NCBI GenBank assembly: GCA_965203905.1
Contig: CBDBDQ010000005.1
Coordinates: 6,912,001-6,976,000, forward strand
DNA length: 64,000 bases
Origin: Spirochaetia bacterium
GTDB taxonomy: Bacteria > Spirochaetota > Spirochaetia > SZUA-6 > Bin103
Direction of reading: 5' to 3'
Position 1 is the first letter of the stretch. Each line of letters opens with the position of its first letter. Shown in pieces: positions 9,020-18,510 of this stretch. A program made the position numbers and the translations under genes. Under the pieces are notes generated by a model. It saw only the letters and a program-made list of their open reading frames with translations, searched no databases and had not been told where the DNA came from.

Positions 9020-9637
9020 TCACAACTGCCGCTGCATGAGGTCGGCGACTTCGTTTTCGTTGGGTTTGCCCGACTCGCGCAGTGCCGCGATGACCCGTTG
9101 GCGTCTCGCTGACGAGTGATTCTGGTTCAGCTTCCAGGTGGCCTCGATTCGCTGCACGTCGATGGTGAATGCCACGATGCCGCCGAGGAGGCCGTCCATG
9201 TAGCCGGTCTCGTCGGCGGGAATGGTCCACGGCTCGGGTAACCCGGCTTCGAAGTGAGCGACGAAATCGGCAACCATCCGGCGCTTAGCCTTGATCTCCG
9301 TCTCCAGGCGCGCCTTGCCATGCAGGTGCACGGTGACGTAGTTCCACGTAGGCACCAACCGGCGCTCGCGATACCACCGCGCCGAGACGTAGCAATGCGG
9401 CCCGTTGAAGACCATCGCGGCGGGGCGGTCGTCGAGACTGCGCCAGTGGTCGTTCGCCTTTGCCACATGGGCGCGCAGCAGGCAGTGCCGCCCTTGACCC
9501 CGATCCACCAGCACCGGCAGATGGCTGATTACCGGACCCGCGGCACCCTCGCTGATCAACACCCCGAACCCCTGCTGTTCGACAAAGTCGAGATTGACGC
9601 CGACCTCCGGCTCTCGGAACGGATGAGGGGTGTACAC
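9020..9637 (-). CDS. FMN-binding negative transcriptional regulator (PaiB family)
   Basis: Motifs MYTP..F, HVAKANDHW, GPHCYVS..WY, VPTWNY and KLNQN. Confidence 0.9.
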   Translation of the reverse strand: MYTPHPFREPEVGVNLDFVEQQGFGVLISEGAAGPVISHLPVLVDRGQGRHCLLRAHVAKANDHWRSLDDRPAAMVFNGPHCYVSARWYRERRLVPTWNYVTVHLHGKARLETEIKAKRRMVADFVAHFEAGLPEPWTIPADETGYMDGLLGGIVAFTIDVQRIEATWKLNQNHSSARRQRVIAALRESGKPNENEVADLMQRQL

Positions 9638-10206
9638 TAGCGCAACTCCTCGCCGGCCAATTCACCGGCATCATTCGCCGCGGACTGTCTTGCGAGTGCT
9701 TGCTTGATGGCGGCTGTCAACGGTCGCGCGTCGGCCAGAGCCATGCGCGGTGCCGAGAACACGCCGCCGCCGATTCTCTCCCCCGGGAGTCGTGGGAGCA
9801 ACTGAAAGTGCAGGTGTGACAATGCTCCCGAGCACATGGTGACCTGATAGACTTTGTCGCATCCCGTCGCCTGCTTCAGTGCCCGTGTCAATCGCAACAT
9901 CACTTTCATCAGGTGACACCCGAGGGCTTCTGGTAACTCAGCGATGTCAGCGAAGTGACTCTTGGAAATGACGATCGTGTGGCCGAGAGCGCGCGGGAAG
10001 CGTTCCAGTACGGCGAACGAATGCTCGTCGCCGAGGATCAATTCGCCCTGCTCGTTCGCCGTGGCCTCTCCAGTCTGGATCTCACGACAGGTCGGGCAGA
10101 CGCCGTTCGCCGCAAGCTGGTCCCACTTGCGGCTGATGTCGGAACGGAGCGCCAGATCGGTAGCGGTAGCGACGCGCAAACAGTTGGCGAACGTGGCGGT
10201 CGGCAT
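9637..10206 (-). CDS. HIT family hydrolase (HxHxQ variant)
   Basis: CPTC, PRALGHTIVISKSH and SHLHFQLLPR. Confidence 0.85.
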   Translation of the reverse strand: MPTATFANCLRVATATDLALRSDISRKWDQLAANGVCPTCREIQTGEATANEQGELILGDEHSFAVLERFPRALGHTIVISKSHFADIAELPEALGCHLMKVMLRLTRALKQATGCDKVYQVTMCSGALSHLHFQLLPRLPGERIGGGVFSAPRMALADARPLTAAIKQALARQSAANDAGELAGEELR

Positions 10207-10443
10207 GCGGTGAATATATGGTGCCGAGTCGATATGTGGCGACCATGCCTCGAATCGGGTCAGCGTGCGGCCCGATCAGGCCAACGTATCGTCATCAGGC
10301 CGTCGATACCATACGTGCCGCGTCTGCCGCTCCCCGCGGTCAGCTACGCCGCCGCGCGCAGTGCGCCTGCTGCCCGGTTGGCGCGTGCGCGGGCCCGATG
10401 GGTAAGTTCGATCGTGTCGTTCCCGGGCGGCGCCGGATGCGTC

Positions 10444-10926
10444 ATGATGACAATGCCCATGAGCGTGACAGTCGAGGCGACGGACGATCCGACTGAGATC
10501 GTCGCACTGTTCAAGCAGGTGCATGAAGAGCACAGACGGCGGCGTCCCGATTGGTTCAAGCCGTTTGATCGATTGGCGGCACTGGAAGGGTTACACTTCC
10601 TCCTGCTGCGTGAGAGCGCGCGACTATTGGTGGCCCACGTCTCGGGAGTCTGCGTAGGATACGCCATGGTGTGCGATCGGATTCGAGACGAGAATCCGTT
10701 TCGGTACGCCAGTCGGTCCCTGGTTGTCGACCAGATGGCCGTCTCCAGCCAACATCGTCGGCGAGGGATCGGGGCGCTGCTGATGGACCGGATCCGAACG
10801 GAGGCCGCGCGGCGAGGAGCACAGCGCGTCGAGTTACACGTGTATACCGATAACGACGACGCTCGACGGTTCTACGAGGCGCAGGGCTTCATACGCTTCC
10901 AGGACGTGCTGGAGTCGAACCTGTAG
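10444..10926 (+). CDS. GNAT family N-acetyltransferase
   Basis: Acetyl-CoA motif VSSQHRRRGIGALLM and NDDARRFYEAQGF. Confidence 0.9.
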   Translation: MMTMPMSVTVEATDDPTEIVALFKQVHEEHRRRRPDWFKPFDRLAALEGLHFLLLRESARLLVAHVSGVCVGYAMVCDRIRDENPFRYASRSLVVDQMAVSSQHRRRGIGALLMDRIRTEAARRGAQRVELHVYTDNDDARRFYEAQGFIRFQDVLESNL

Positions 10927-11030
10927 CTACTGCGTAATAGTAGGACAACGTATTATCCACGGCGCGAGCATCTCTGTATCCAACCAAGCAATGGCGTGCG
11001 CATACCACCTCGGGAAGCTTCGCTTGAAGG

Positions 11031-11741
11031 TCAGCGGGAAGCTCCGCTTGACGCGTACCTTTGGGCTTCCCTACACGACCTAGCCACCTCTGAACATGTT
11101 GAACTGTATCCGAGATGGTCTTCAATCAGCCGCGTGAGGACTAACCGCACCCATCCGCCATCGGTCAGGGAGCTGTCTTCGGTGTCTGGAAATTCATTCG
11201 TTCCCTGGGGATCGGTCCCATCCCGCAGGAAAACAACCCGATAGTTGAACTGAAATGCGTTCACGAGGGTGTAGAACAGACACGACTTGAAACTGAATCC
11301 AGCCACAAGCAGGGTCTCAATACCGCGATCTTTTGGACGCGGATCCAGGTCGGTGCCGATGAAGCCACTCTGCCCTCTTTTGCCGATTATGAGGTCTCCA
11401 TGTCGAGGCTCAATGCTCTCAGCCCAACAAGGCATCGCAGGATCGGCAACACCAGACCAGGACGACCTTCCTCGTCGCTCGTTGTGAATCTCATAAACCA
11501 TTTCCCTCGGCCCAGCGGGCCAAGGTCGATTGTAAAGATAGATAGGTCGGATCCCGACCGAGCGGCATGCAGCCAACGCCTGGGAGATGTGCGAATCGAC
11601 GATCGGATTGCAGGCGGGACCGCAATCACCGTCGCAATCTACTAGCAGGATCCCAGTCTTCTCTGACTCCAGATGCAGAGTTGAGTATGCACATTCCTGG
11701 ACCTGATCGCCCGTGAATCGAACTGGCAGTTGCAGCGGCAT
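11031..11741 (-). CDS. Cysteine hydrolase / isochorismatase family protein
   Basis: Asp-Lys-Cys triad contexts LLVDC, IGKRGQSGF and LLVAGFSFKSC. Confidence 0.85.
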   Translation of the reverse strand: MPLQLPVRFTGDQVQECAYSTLHLESEKTGILLVDCDGDCGPACNPIVDSHISQALAACRSVGIRPIYLYNRPWPAGPREMVYEIHNERRGRSSWSGVADPAMPCWAESIEPRHGDLIIGKRGQSGFIGTDLDPRPKDRGIETLLVAGFSFKSCLFYTLVNAFQFNYRVVFLRDGTDPQGTNEFPDTEDSSLTDGGWVRLVLTRLIEDHLGYSSTCSEVARSCREAQRYASSGASR

Positions 11742-11980
11742 ATTATGCCAATACCGAGTTGCACAAAGGCACTCGGTTCAAGACGGAGGCTCCGTGCGCG
11801 GTGAACTTGCGGCCCCTACGTTGTGTCGTCATACGGCCTCCTCATCAACTGGTGTCTACCGCACATGGATCCTTGAGGATACCTTGCCGGGTTCGCCACC
11901 CGCAATGCCATCGCGCCGCGGTTGCGACGCCACCACTCCGCAGCCTGCGGGTAGTGTGGCATGCCAGGAGATCGACGAGT

Positions 11981-12046
11981 GAGCTTCCAGAGCGCGCCGA
12001 GCGGGATCGGCCCCTCGAGATGGAGGTGAAGCTCCACCTTCGGAAG
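11981..12046 (-). pseudogene. Adenosine deaminase N-terminal remnant
   Basis: LPKVELHLHLEGPIPLGALWKL is the ADA metal-binding HxH motif. No downstream ADA sequence follows. Confidence 0.65.
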
Positions 12047-12096
12047 CCACCACAGATGGCGCTTGCCATTCGGCCACGGCAGGTGGACGATTGCGC

Positions 12097-13494
12097 ATGC
12101 CCAGCGACACCCCGGCGCCTCTCGAGGCCGCCGCCGACATCGAGCTGCTGTGCGCCTGGATCGAGGCGCGGATGGCGTACCGCGGCGAGCCGGGCCTGTC
12201 CATCGGTATCGTCCACGACCAGGAGCTGGTTTGGGCCCGCGGCTTCGGCTACGCCGACGTGGCCAACCGGGTCGCGGCGAGCGCCACCACCCGCTACCGG
12301 ATCGCGTCGGTCACCAAGCTGTTCACCAGCACCGCCATCCTGCTGCTACGCGACAGCGGCAAGCTCCAGCTCGACGATCCGGTCGATCGCCACCTGCCCT
12401 GGTTCGAGATCCGGCAGCCCCACCCCGACGCAGCGCCGGTCACCATCCGCCACCTGTTGACCCACACCTCGGGCCTGCCGCGCGAGGCGGCGTTTCCCTA
12501 TTGGACCGACGCCCGCTTCCCGAGCCGGGCACAGGTCAGGGAGACCCTGCCCCACCAGGAATCCGCCTACCCCACCGACACCCGCTGGAAGTACTCCAAC
12601 CTGGCACTGACCCTGGCCGGCGAGATCGTCGCCGCCGTTTCCGGTCGGCCCTGGGAGGAGTTCGTCCAGCGGCGCATCCTCGATCCTCTCGGCATGAGCG
12701 ACACCTTGCCCGGGCCGCCGCGGCCCGACGACCCCCGGCTGGCGGTGGGCTATGGCCGGCGTCTGCCCGGAGCGGAACGCGCCGTGCTCGACTCCGCCAC
12801 CGACTACGCGGGCATCGCGTACGCCGCCAACATGACCTCCACCGTCGCGGACCTGGCGAAGTTCGCACACCTCCAGTTTCGCGACGGGCCGGCCGGCGGC
12901 ACCCAGATCCTGCGCGGCAGCACGCTGCGGGAGATGCAGCGCGTGCACTGGCTCGATCCGAACTGGACCCAAGGCTGGGGCCTCGGCTTCAAGGTGATCC
13001 GGCGCCGGGACGCGACCTACGTCGGGCACAGCGGTCGGGTGCCCGGGCATCGTACCCAGGTGCTGTTGTGTCCCGCCGCCAAGACTGGGGTGATCGTGAT
13101 CGGCAACGCGGGCGACTGCGATCCGCTGCGCTACTGCGAGCGTGCCTTCGAGTTGATGCTGCCGGCGCCGACGAGAAGCGCCGCCGCGGAGCCGCAACCG
13201 GCACCGCCCGACCCCGGCTGGCAGCGCTACGTCGGCCGGTACCGCGATGCCTGGTTCGACACCCAGGTGATGATCCGCAACGGCGAGCTGGTGATGCTCG
13301 ATCCCACGGTAGACGAACCGCTCGCCACCCTCGCCACCCTGACGCCGGTGGCCGAGCACGTGTTCCGCTACGAGTCGGCCGACGGCTCCGGCCCCGTGGG
13401 CGAGCTGGCGGTGTTCGAGCTGGACGCCGCCGGCAAGGTGGCGCGGCTCAAGTACGGCGAGAACTACACCTACCCGGTAACGACCTGGGACTGA
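12097..13494 (+). CDS. Serine hydrolase, beta-lactamase class C/AmpC-like family
   Basis: Catalytic motifs ASVTK, YSN and HSG, plus LLTHTSGL. Confidence 0.9.
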   Translation: MPSDTPAPLEAAADIELLCAWIEARMAYRGEPGLSIGIVHDQELVWARGFGYADVANRVAASATTRYRIASVTKLFTSTAILLLRDSGKLQLDDPVDRHLPWFEIRQPHPDAAPVTIRHLLTHTSGLPREAAFPYWTDARFPSRAQVRETLPHQESAYPTDTRWKYSNLALTLAGEIVAAVSGRPWEEFVQRRILDPLGMSDTLPGPPRPDDPRLAVGYGRRLPGAERAVLDSATDYAGIAYAANMTSTVADLAKFAHLQFRDGPAGGTQILRGSTLREMQRVHWLDPNWTQGWGLGFKVIRRRDATYVGHSGRVPGHRTQVLLCPAAKTGVIVIGNAGDCDPLRYCERAFELMLPAPTRSAAAEPQPAPPDPGWQRYVGRYRDAWFDTQVMIRNGELVMLDPTVDEPLATLATLTPVAEHVFRYESADGSGPVGELAVFELDAAGKVARLKYGENYTYPVTTWD

Positions 13495-13584
13495 AGACCG
13501 CGGCACGGCGCCGGGGCTTCACGGCACGCCGATCCGGGTTGTGCGCACGGCGGCGCTCGACGAGGGTCGCGCCAGCGTGATTGA

Positions 13585-15999
13585 TTGGAGCCACAAGGGA
13601 GGGATCGTTTGGATCTGACTGACGCTCGAATCGAGTTGGCGACGGACTCGCCGCGCTGCCGGCAGGCGCGCACGGTGTTGGCCGAGGAGGTGGCGCGCCG
13701 CGCGCAGCAGGTGTGGCCGGCGGCCGCCGGGAGCGGCCCGCGCATCGTCCTGCGTGACGCGGCGACCGCGGTGCGGGAGGGCGCGCGCTGGTCGGCGCAG
13801 GAGGCGCAGTCGTTCCGTGGCGCGGAGTTCACCGCGCGGCCGGAGGGATTCCGCATCGAGCGCGAGGGCGACACGCTCGGCGTCACCGGCAACGATGCCC
13901 GCGGCGTGCTGTACGGCGTGGGGTGGCTGCTGCGCCACCTGGAGGTGCGCCGCTGCTCGGTGTTGCTGCCCGACTCGGCTCTGGCCACGGGAACGGTTGC
14001 CACGGCGCCGCACTACCCCCTGCGCGGGCACCAGGTCGGCTACCGGCCGAAGACCAACTCCTACGTCGGCTGGACCGTCGCCGAGTGGGAGCAGTACCTG
14101 CGCGAGCTGGCCCTGTTCGGGGCCAACGCGGTCGAGGTCATACCGCCGCGCTCGGACGACGAGGCCGATTCCGACCACTTTCCGCTGCCCCAGATCGACA
14201 TGATGGCCGCGGTATCCGCCATCGCGGACCGCTATGACCTCGACCTGTGGATCTGGTTTCCGGCGCTGGACGACGACTACGGCGACGCGGCCACGGTGCG
14301 GCACGCCCTGGCGGAGTGGCGCGAGGTGTTCGCGCGCCTGCCGCGGGTCGACGCGGTGTTCATTCCCGGCGGCGACCCGGGCGCCACCCCGGCGCACCTG
14401 CTGCTGGCCCTGGCCGAGCGCCAGAAGCAGTCTCTCAACGAGCTGCATCCCGCGGCCCAGGTGTGGATCGCGCCGCAGGGATTCCACGGCGCCGACGAGG
14501 CCCACTTCTACGCCGCCCTGGAGGAGGGCCTGGACTGGCTCGACGGCGTGATCTTCGGGCCCTGGATCCACCTCACGCCGGAGGCGTTCCGCGCGCGGGT
14601 GCCGGCGCGCTATCCGGTGCGCCTGTACCCGGACATCACTCACTGCTGGTCATGCCAGTATCCGGTTCCCGACTGGGACCCGGCGCTCGCCGCCTGCCAG
14701 GGGCGCGAGCCGATCAACCCGCGCCCGCGCGACCAGGCGCGCATCGTGGCGCTGAGCGCCCCCCACTCCAGCGGCGCCCTCACCTACTGCGAGGGCAACA
14801 ACGACGACCTCAACAAGGCCGTGTGGAGCGCGCTGCTGTGGGACCCGGAGGCGGATCTCGACGCGGTGCTGCGCCAGTACGGGCGCCTGTTCGTGCACCC
14901 CGACCTGGCCGACGGGGTAGCGGCGGGGATCCTGGGGCTGGAGCAGAACTGGCGCGGGCCGCTGCTGGCCAACGGCGCGGTGGACACCACCCTGCTGCGC
15001 TTCCAGGCGCTGGAGCGGGCGGCGCCGCCGCGGGTGCTGAAGAGCTGGCGCTTCCTGCAGCTCCTCTACCGCGCCTGCTCCGACGCCTACGTCCGCGAAC
15101 GGGCGCTGGCCGAAGGCGCCGCATGGACCCGCGCCATGGGCGAGCTCAGGCGCGCTCCCGACCTCGGCGCGGGAACGGCGTGCGACCGTGCCCTGCGGCT
15201 GCTCGACGAGGCCGCCGCCGAGGCGCGCCAGGGCGAGCTGCGGGCACGCGTCTACGCGCTGGCGGAGGCGCTGTTCCAGAACATCCACGTGCAGCTCTCG
15301 GTGCCGCGCTACGGCGCCCAGGCGGTGCGCCGCGGCGCCAGCCTGGACGGCCTCGAGTACCCGCTCAACGACCGCCTCTGGCTGCACCAGCGCTGCGCCG
15401 AGATCGCCGCGCTGGCGTCGGAGCCGGAGCGCCTGGCCGCGGTGGACGCGATCCTGCGCCGCACCGACCCGGGACCGGGCGGCCGGTACGACAACCTGGG
15501 CGAGGCGGCGCAGCAGGCGCACCTGGTGTCCGGCCCGGGCTTCGATGAAGATCCCTCGTTCCTGCACTCGGCGCTGCGCGGCTTCGCCATCCCCTACCCG
15601 GCGGCGCCGATCCCCTGCGCCTGGCTCACCCAGGCGGAGTCGATCGGCCACGGCCCGTTGCAGCTGCGCTACCGGGGCCTCGACCCGGCCGCCGGCTACC
15701 GCGTGGTGGTGGTGTACGGGGGCGAGCGCCGGCCGGGCTCCCTGGCGCGGGTGCGCATGGATGCGGTAGGGGGAGATGGCGTCCCGCACGTGGTGCACGG
15801 CTGGATCGACAAGCCGGATCCACGCGGCCCGCAGGGTTTCGATCTGCCCGCCGGCAGCACGGCCGGCGGCGCAGCGACCCTGCAGGTGTTCCACGAGGAG
15901 AGCGGCGGCCCCGGGCGCGGCGCCCAGGTGAGCGAGATCTGGCTGCAACGCCGCGACCGCGCCGCCCTGGAAACGCCCCCTGCAGAGCGCCGCGCGTAG
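13585..15999 (+). CDS. Putative glycoside hydrolase (GH20/GH67-like N-terminal domain plus barrel)
   Basis: PEGFRI...GNDARGVLYGVGWLLR...PHYPLRG resembles the N-terminal domain of hexosaminidases and alpha-glucuronidases. Confidence 0.65.
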   Translation: MEPQGRDRLDLTDARIELATDSPRCRQARTVLAEEVARRAQQVWPAAAGSGPRIVLRDAATAVREGARWSAQEAQSFRGAEFTARPEGFRIEREGDTLGVTGNDARGVLYGVGWLLRHLEVRRCSVLLPDSALATGTVATAPHYPLRGHQVGYRPKTNSYVGWTVAEWEQYLRELALFGANAVEVIPPRSDDEADSDHFPLPQIDMMAAVSAIADRYDLDLWIWFPALDDDYGDAATVRHALAEWREVFARLPRVDAVFIPGGDPGATPAHLLLALAERQKQSLNELHPAAQVWIAPQGFHGADEAHFYAALEEGLDWLDGVIFGPWIHLTPEAFRARVPARYPVRLYPDITHCWSCQYPVPDWDPALAACQGREPINPRPRDQARIVALSAPHSSGALTYCEGNNDDLNKAVWSALLWDPEADLDAVLRQYGRLFVHPDLADGVAAGILGLEQNWRGPLLANGAVDTTLLRFQALERAAPPRVLKSWRFLQLLYRACSDAYVRERALAEGAAWTRAMGELRRAPDLGAGTACDRALRLLDEAAAEARQGELRARVYALAEALFQNIHVQLSVPRYGAQAVRRGASLDGLEYPLNDRLWLHQRCAEIAALASEPERLAAVDAILRRTDPGPGGRYDNLGEAAQQAHLVSGPGFDEDPSFLHSALRGFAIPYPAAPIPCAWLTQAESIGHGPLQLRYRGLDPAAGYRVVVVYGGERRPGSLARVRMDAVGGDGVPHVVHGWIDKPDPRGPQGFDLPAGSTAGGAATLQVFHEESGGPGRGAQVSEIWLQRRDRAALETPPAERRA

Positions 16000-16007
16000 C
16001 CCGTGCG

Positions 16008-17087
16008 CTACGCCTCGGGGGCGGGCGGCTCCACGGACAGCTTGCCGGCCCAGGGCGCCAACCCCTGCATGATGCCGGGGCTGAGCGGCACGCCGTCCGC
16101 CAGCGCCGCCGCACGGTGGGCGCGGGCGCCGTCACCCGGAATGCGCACGCCGTCGCTCCACGGCGCCGCGGGGCTGGCCCGGCACTGCTGCGCCAGGTAG
16201 GCGGTGGCCTGCAGGAAGACGCCGGCGCCGGCGAAGCGGGCGGGGGCCAGCGCCTGCACGAACACGCCGCAGCCCCACTGGTCGGCCTGCCCGTCGCGGC
16301 CGAGGCCGGACAGACCCTGGGTCAGCGCCTCGATCGCCAGCCCCAGGCCGAAGCCCTTGTGGCCGTGGTCCACGCCGCCGATCGGCAGGATGGTGCCGGT
16401 GGCCTCGCCGGTGCGGCCGAAGGCGGACGGCGTCATGGCGCCGGGGTCGGCGGTGGGATTGCCGGCGGCGTCCTGCAGCCAGGCGCCCGGAAACTGCCCG
16501 CCGCGCTGCGCCAGCCGCGCGGCCATGCCGTTGGTGGTGATCGAGGCGCTGATGTCCACCAGGATGGCGGCCCCCGGGTCGGCGGTGGGAATCCCGAAGG
16601 CGATCGGGTTGGGTGTGTACACCGCGTGCGTGCCGCCGTAGGGAGCCACCGACTCCACCGAGGGGTCGGAGCAGGTGACGATCACCATCAGGCCGCGCTC
16701 GGTGGCGGCCTCCAGGTAGGTGGCCAGGCAGCCGATATGGCTGCAGCGCCGGATCGAGACGATGCCCACCCCGTGGGCCGCGGCGCGCTCCGCGGCCGTG
16801 TCGACCGCCTGCGCCGTGAGCCACACCCCGGGCCGGTAGTCGCCGTCCCAGACGCACACCGCGCCGCCGTCGGAGACCACCTCGTGGCTCCCCGTCAGGG
16901 TCGTGCGGCCCTCGTCCGCCTCGGTCAAATAGGGCGGCAGCAGCGCCAGGCCGTGGGTGGTGTGACCCATCACGTCCGCCGCCACCAGGTGCGCCGCCGT
17001 GACCCGCGCCGGTTCCTCCGGGTAGCCCACGCCGCGCAGCAGCTCCGCGGCGTAGTGTTGCAGTGCTTCGTGTCGATAGTGTTCCAT
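16008..17087 (-). CDS. Ldh_2 family oxidoreductase (malate/L-lactate/sulfolactate dehydrogenase type)
   Basis: ADVMGHTTHGL, SHIGCL, NPIAFGIP and GHKGFGL. Confidence 0.9.
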   Translation of the reverse strand: MEHYRHEALQHYAAELLRGVGYPEEPARVTAAHLVAADVMGHTTHGLALLPPYLTEADEGRTTLTGSHEVVSDGGAVCVWDGDYRPGVWLTAQAVDTAAERAAAHGVGIVSIRRCSHIGCLATYLEAATERGLMVIVTCSDPSVESVAPYGGTHAVYTPNPIAFGIPTADPGAAILVDISASITTNGMAARLAQRGGQFPGAWLQDAAGNPTADPGAMTPSAFGRTGEATGTILPIGGVDHGHKGFGLGLAIEALTQGLSGLGRDGQADQWGCGVFVQALAPARFAGAGVFLQATAYLAQQCRASPAAPWSDGVRIPGDGARAHRAAALADGVPLSPGIMQGLAPWAGKLSVEPPAPEA

Positions 17088-17168
17088 GGTGCCGGGCCAC
17101 TCTACCGTCCCGGCGTCACGCTGGCCACCCACCGCGTTGCCGCGGAATCGCGAGGTAATCACACGAAG

Positions 17169-17690
17169 ATGCAACACCGATCAACAGAGACGCTGACCGA
17201 CGGGCTCGACCGGATCCGCCGTTCGCCCGTGGACAGCGGCGTGCTGGAACTCATCGTGCGGCGGCCGCGGACGGATGAGCGGGAAATACTGGACAGCGGA
17301 GAACTCGATCTGGTCGCCGGCCTTGTCGGCGACAGATGGAAGCCGCGCGGCGGCTCGGACCGGCAACTCACGGTGACGAACGCCCGCCTGATGGCGCTGC
17401 TGGCCGGAGACAAGCGGCACTGGCCACCGGCAGGGGATCAGCTCTACGTAGATTTCGACTTGAGCGCCGACAACGCGGCCCCCGGAACACGCCTCGCGAT
17501 CGGCGCGGCGGTGATCCAGGTAACCGAGCCTCCGCACACCGGCTGCAAGAAGTTCGCGGGGCGCTATGGGCTGGATGCCCTGAAGTTCGTCAACTCACCG
17601 GTCGGCAAGCACCTCCGGCTGCGCGGCATCAATGCCAAGGTGATTCGTCCGGGCACGATCCGGGTCGGAGATAGCGTAACCAAGTGCTGA
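17169..17690 (+). CDS. MOSC domain protein
   Basis: GLVGDRW, GDQLYVD, PHTGCKKF and LRGINAKVIRPGTIRVGD. Confidence 0.9.
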   Translation: MQHRSTETLTDGLDRIRRSPVDSGVLELIVRRPRTDEREILDSGELDLVAGLVGDRWKPRGGSDRQLTVTNARLMALLAGDKRHWPPAGDQLYVDFDLSADNAAPGTRLAIGAAVIQVTEPPHTGCKKFAGRYGLDALKFVNSPVGKHLRLRGINAKVIRPGTIRVGDSVTKC

Positions 17691-17694
17691 GTCG

Positions 17695-18510
17695 ATGCCC
17701 CTCGCCGTAGAGCAAGTCTTTCCCGTTCCGCGCTTCGCCAAGCCACGGGCATTGCGCCAGACGTGGCTGAAGGACGTGGGGTATCACGAGGCGCCCGGGT
17801 ACCGCGAGCACCTGGGGCTGGCCGAGCTGGCAGACTTCCTCGAGGTGGCCGGAGCACGGCTCGACTACGTCAAGCTGCTTCCCGCCCAGGTGATCAACGC
17901 GCCGCGAGCATGGTTGGAGCGCAAGATCGCCACCTACCACGACCATGGGGTGGTCACCTACCTCGATCACACCTACTTCATGGCAGCCTATGGACACGGC
18001 ACCGTCGATCCGGCGATCGCCCTGGCCGGTGAGCTCGGAGTAAAGGCCATCGAATTCATGAACACCGGCAGCGACGTCACGCCCCACCGCTGGCAGGGTT
18101 GGCGCTCCCAGGCTGCCGAGCACGGCCTGCAGGTGATCTTCGAGTATCACCCGCCGCACCACTGGGACCCGGCCGAGCCAGTACGGGCCTCGGGAGCGGA
18201 CGAGATCCTCCAGTTTGCCGCCCCGTTCCTCGACGCGGGTGCGGTCAAGCTGATGATAGACCACGACGAGTTCGACCTGCTGGGTGACCGCGCGGAGGGC
18301 GAACTGGGTCAGCTCGTCGCCCGGCTGGGACTGGAGACGCTGGTGTTCGAGGTGGCGTCGCCGAAGGATGGTCCCGACAAGTGGCAGCGCCACCTGACCG
18401 ACTACTTTCGCCTGTTCGGGGCGGACTGCAACGTGGCCAACCTGATGCCGAGTCAGGTGCTGGCCGTGGAGCCGCTGCGCCAGGCGGCGACCGGGGAAGG
18501 CAAGAGATGA
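17695..18510 (+). CDS. Phosphosulfolactate synthase (ComA)-like protein, divergent
   Basis: KPR..., DFLEVAGARLDYVKL, LVFEV and FGADCNVANL..V...E.LR follow the ComA pattern. Confidence 0.7.
   Translation: MPLAVEQVFPVPRFAKPRALRQTWLKDVGYHEAPGYREHLGLAELADFLEVAGARLDYVKLLPAQVINAPRAWLERKIATYHDHGVVTYLDHTYFMAAYGHGTVDPAIALAGELGVKAIEFMNTGSDVTPHRWQGWRSQAAEHGLQVIFEYHPPHHWDPAEPVRASGADEILQFAAPFLDAGAVKLMIDHDEFDLLGDRAEGELGQLVARLGLETLVFEVASPKDGPDKWQRHLTDYFRLFGADCNVANLMPSQVLAVEPLRQAATGEGKR

Noticed and set aside
8815-9039. Short ORF MLPADDPEEIPEVQETLDAFLRAHG...
   Set aside because: Protein-like but without an SD or recognisable family; probably a fragment, so not called as a gene.
10938-10962. AGTAGGACAACGTATTATCCAC, resembling a dif site or DnaA box
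   Set aside because: The spacer is 4 nt rather than 6, the XerD arm matches poorly, and there is only one imperfect DnaA box.
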